Assembly: GCA_963827275.1 (NCBI GenBank)
Contig: CAWHAA010000009.1
Span: 32,001 to 96,000, forward strand
Length of the DNA stretch: 64,000 nt
Reading direction: 5' to 3'
Source: an uncultured Spirochaetota bacterium
GTDB taxonomy: Bacteria > Spirochaetota > UBA4802 > UBA5550
Below are positions 61,645 to 64,000 of the stretch, in pieces (the first letter of the stretch is position 1; each line of letters begins with the position of its first letter). Under the pieces are notes generated by a model. That model saw only the letters and a program-made list of their open reading frames with translations. It was not told the DNA's origin and made no database searches. The translations under genes and the position numbers were made by a program.

Positions 61645-62415
61645 TTATTCTCCCTTGAAGTTCGGCTCCCTCTTCTGGAAGAACGAGGTCATGCCTTCCT
61701 GCATGTCCTTCGTGGTGAAGAGCCTTCCCAGTTCTTCACGCTCGATCTTCAGGTGCATGTCGGGGCTGATGCTGGGGCTGATGTTGACGAGCTTCGTGAT
61801 CGCCGCTATGGAGAGCGGCGGGCGTTTCGCGAGCTTGTTCGCGAATTCGATGGCATCGTCCAGCACTTTCCCGTCTTCGCTTATTTTATCGGCCAGTCCG
61901 ATCGAGACCGCTTCTTCAGCTTCGACCTGCATTCCCAGCCACATTATCTCCAGGGCCTTCGACCTGCCGACAAGGCGCGGCAGCCGCAGGCTTCCGCCGT
62001 ATCCGGGCATGATCCCCAGGTTTGTTTCGGTGAGGCCCATCCGTGCCCCCTTCTTGACGAACCGGAAGTGGCATGCCATGGCAAGCTCGCAGCCGCCGCC
62101 CAGCGCGTGTCCGTTGACAGCGGCGATGACGGGCTTCGGGAAATATTCTATCTTGTTCCATACGTCCTGGCCCCGTTTCAGGAAGTCAACGGCGCTGAAA
62201 TCGCCGAAGCCCGAAGAGAGGTCCGCGCCGGCGCTGAAAGCCTTGTCGCCGGAACCGGTGATGACTACCGCCAGGACGGACTTGTCGACCTCGATCGCGT
62301 CAAGGTGCTTCCGCATCGTCTCAAAAACCTCGGCGCTCAGCTGGTTCGCCTTCGGTTTATCTATCGTTAAAATTGCTACTCTGTCTTTCTGCTCCTTCTT
62401 GACCGCATCCGACAT
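61645..62415 (-). CDS. Enoyl-CoA hydratase/isomerase
   Basis: AFSAGADL, ALGGGCEL, ETNLGIMPGYGG. Confidence 0.92.
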   Translation of the reverse strand: MSDAVKKEQKDRVAILTIDKPKANQLSAEVFETMRKHLDAIEVDKSVLAVVITGSGDKAFSAGADLSSGFGDFSAVDFLKRGQDVWNKIEYFPKPVIAAVNGHALGGGCELAMACHFRFVKKGARMGLTETNLGIMPGYGGSLRLPRLVGRSKALEIMWLGMQVEAEEAVSIGLADKISEDGKVLDDAIEFANKLAKRPPLSIAAITKLVNISPSISPDMHLKIEREELGRLFTTKDMQEGMTSFFQKREPNFKGE

Positions 62416-62450
62416 AATATTCCTCCTTAATAATTTTGCAAGTAAAATAC

Positions 62451-62480
62451 GTCGCCCCGGCCGGTATCCGCCGGGGCGAC
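62451..62480. other. Intergenic hairpin
   Basis: GTCGCCCCGG / CCGGGGCGAC 10-bp stem. Confidence 0.5.
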
Positions 62481-62490
62481 ATCCGGGTAC

Positions 62491-63654
62491 TTATCTTCCG
62501 ATTGTTTTGAACGTGCCGTCGATGATCTCAGGCTCGGGCTTCAGGATGTCGAGCTTGAACCGCGCGGCAAGCATGTTCAGCGCGTCGGCCAGCTGCTGCG
62601 GCTGCATTCCGCCCGCCAGCGCGAAGGGACCCGCGAAGGCGTTCATGCCGTATTTGACGCCGTCGTCGATGTCCTGGATCGATTTCGCCAGGCCTTCCTT
62701 CCATACCTTCACGGCTTCATTGATCTGGACCGCCAGGAGGTGCAGCGGGGAGAGGTCTTCGGACGTCTTCGATATGTCGATGACCGCTTTGCCGTCTTTC
62801 CATTCGTAGATCCCTTTTCCGCTCTTCATGCCCAGCTCTTTTTTCGCGACCTTGTCGCTCAGAAACTTGCCGGGCTTGTACTGCGGCGAGAGGGTCTTGG
62901 CGTAATAGTCCAGGGTGTGGCAGAACACGTCGAGGCCGACGAAGTCCGCGGTTTCGAAGGGGGCCATCTTCGCGCCCATCTTTTTCATCATCGCGTCAAG
63001 CTGCTGGGGCGGCACTTTCCCTTCGTCAAGGATGGCGGAGAGGAGCGCCTGGTTCGGCGCGCTGATCCGGTTCACTATGAAGCCGGGGCGGTCCTTGAGC
63101 ACCTTGACCGGGATCTTGTCGATTTTTTTCGATAATTCGCACATGAGGTCGGCGGTCGCGTCATTGGTCTTGTTCCCGTAAATGACTTCCACCAGCTTCA
63201 TCCGGTTGACCGGGTTGAAGAAGTGCAGGCCGACGAACCGTTCGGGATTTTTAACCACGCTGCCGATTTCAGAGATGCTCATCGTCGAGGTGTTGGTCGC
63301 CAGGATGGCGTCCGGTTTGCAGGCTTCGGACACTTCTTTGAATACGGATTTTTTCAGGTCCATGATCTCCGGGACCGCTTCGACCACGATCTGCGCGTCC
63401 TTGACCGCTTCCGTGGTGTCCAGGGTCGTGGTGAGGAGCGACATCGCCTTGTCTTTGGCGTCGGCGGCCAGCTTGCCCTTGCCGACCAGGAAATCAAGGC
63501 TCTCCTTGATCTTCGCCACGCCGTTATCGATAAACTCCTGCTTGATGTCCCTCATGATAACGGCATACCCGGCCTGGATACAGACCTGGGCGATGCCATG
63601 TCCCATTGCACCTGATCCGAGGATTGCAATTTTTTTTACGTCATTGATGTTCAT
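62491..63654 (-). CDS. 3-hydroxyacyl-CoA dehydrogenase
   Basis: GSGAMGHGIA, EAVPE, TNTST, GLHFFNP, PGFIVNR. Confidence 0.93.
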   Translation of the reverse strand: MNINDVKKIAILGSGAMGHGIAQVCIQAGYAVIMRDIKQEFIDNGVAKIKESLDFLVGKGKLAADAKDKAMSLLTTTLDTTEAVKDAQIVVEAVPEIMDLKKSVFKEVSEACKPDAILATNTSTMSISEIGSVVKNPERFVGLHFFNPVNRMKLVEVIYGNKTNDATADLMCELSKKIDKIPVKVLKDRPGFIVNRISAPNQALLSAILDEGKVPPQQLDAMMKKMGAKMAPFETADFVGLDVFCHTLDYYAKTLSPQYKPGKFLSDKVAKKELGMKSGKGIYEWKDGKAVIDISKTSEDLSPLHLLAVQINEAVKVWKEGLAKSIQDIDDGVKYGMNAFAGPFALAGGMQPQQLADALNMLAARFKLDILKPEPEIIDGTFKTIGR

Positions 63655-63832
63655 TGAAGTACTCCTTGGTGATTAAATTATTTAATTCTTAATGCCGATC
63701 TGCCGGTTCTTCTTCCGCCGTTCCGCCGGATGGGGAGGGACGGCAGGCCGGTAAACACGAATGGGCTGCCCCTGTCGGGACAGCTCATTCGCTTACCGGT
63801 AATCACCGCCTGGTTCGGCCATGCATGCTGTG

Positions 63833-64000
63833 TTACTTGAGCTCTTTGCTCGAAAGCTCCAGAACGTTCCGCGCAACGATGAGGTGCTGGATCTGCCCGG
63901 TGCCCTCGAAGATATCGGTGATCTTGACGTCCCGCATCCATTTCTCGGCGAGGTTCTCGCACGATATGCCCAGCGGTCCGAGAAGGTCGCAGCATTTCTG
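63833..64000 (-). CDS. Acyl-CoA dehydrogenase, C-terminal fragment (gene enters from the window edge)
   Basis: Hand translation: QKCCDLLGPLG..EKWMRDVKITDIFEGTGQIQHLIVAR. Confidence 0.88.
   Translation of the reverse strand, partial: QKCCDLLGPLGISCENLAEKWMRDVKITDIFEGTGQIQHLIVARNVLELSSKELK

Overview
A 64-kb bacterial chromosomal segment with GC-rich coding regions and AT-rich intergenic patches. The gene content tentatively suggests a Leptospira-related spirochaete; this is inference and was not verified. Most genes are housekeeping: adk, yggS-proC, lnt, rsmE-thiE, dapA-dapB, rho-rpmE, lgt, greA, tRNA-Ala(GGC), an S1 protein, ilvD, rsgA, nucleotide-sugar genes and beta-oxidation genes. Signalling genes are also present. 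Several genes carry single-base frameshifts that look like assembly errors. Most notable: (1) an AT-rich island (~49980-51790) where a RAYT-like Y1/HUH transposase and one secreted-protein gene are each bracketed by same-orientation, non-palindromic 13-mers TTACTCTGAC(C/A)CC, with a second gene-free cluster of the motif at 10300-10381; (2) a 137-nt rod-like candidate ncRNA upstream of lgt and a 163-bp-period tandem structured repeat; (3) several apparent pseudoenzymes (His-less kinase, degenerate GGDEF, a cNMP/MinD-like/pseudo-patatin fusion, two TPR proteins with degenerate Mrr-like domains) and a stand-alone MshEN mini-protein. No CRISPR array, rRNA, integrase or reverse transcriptase was seen.
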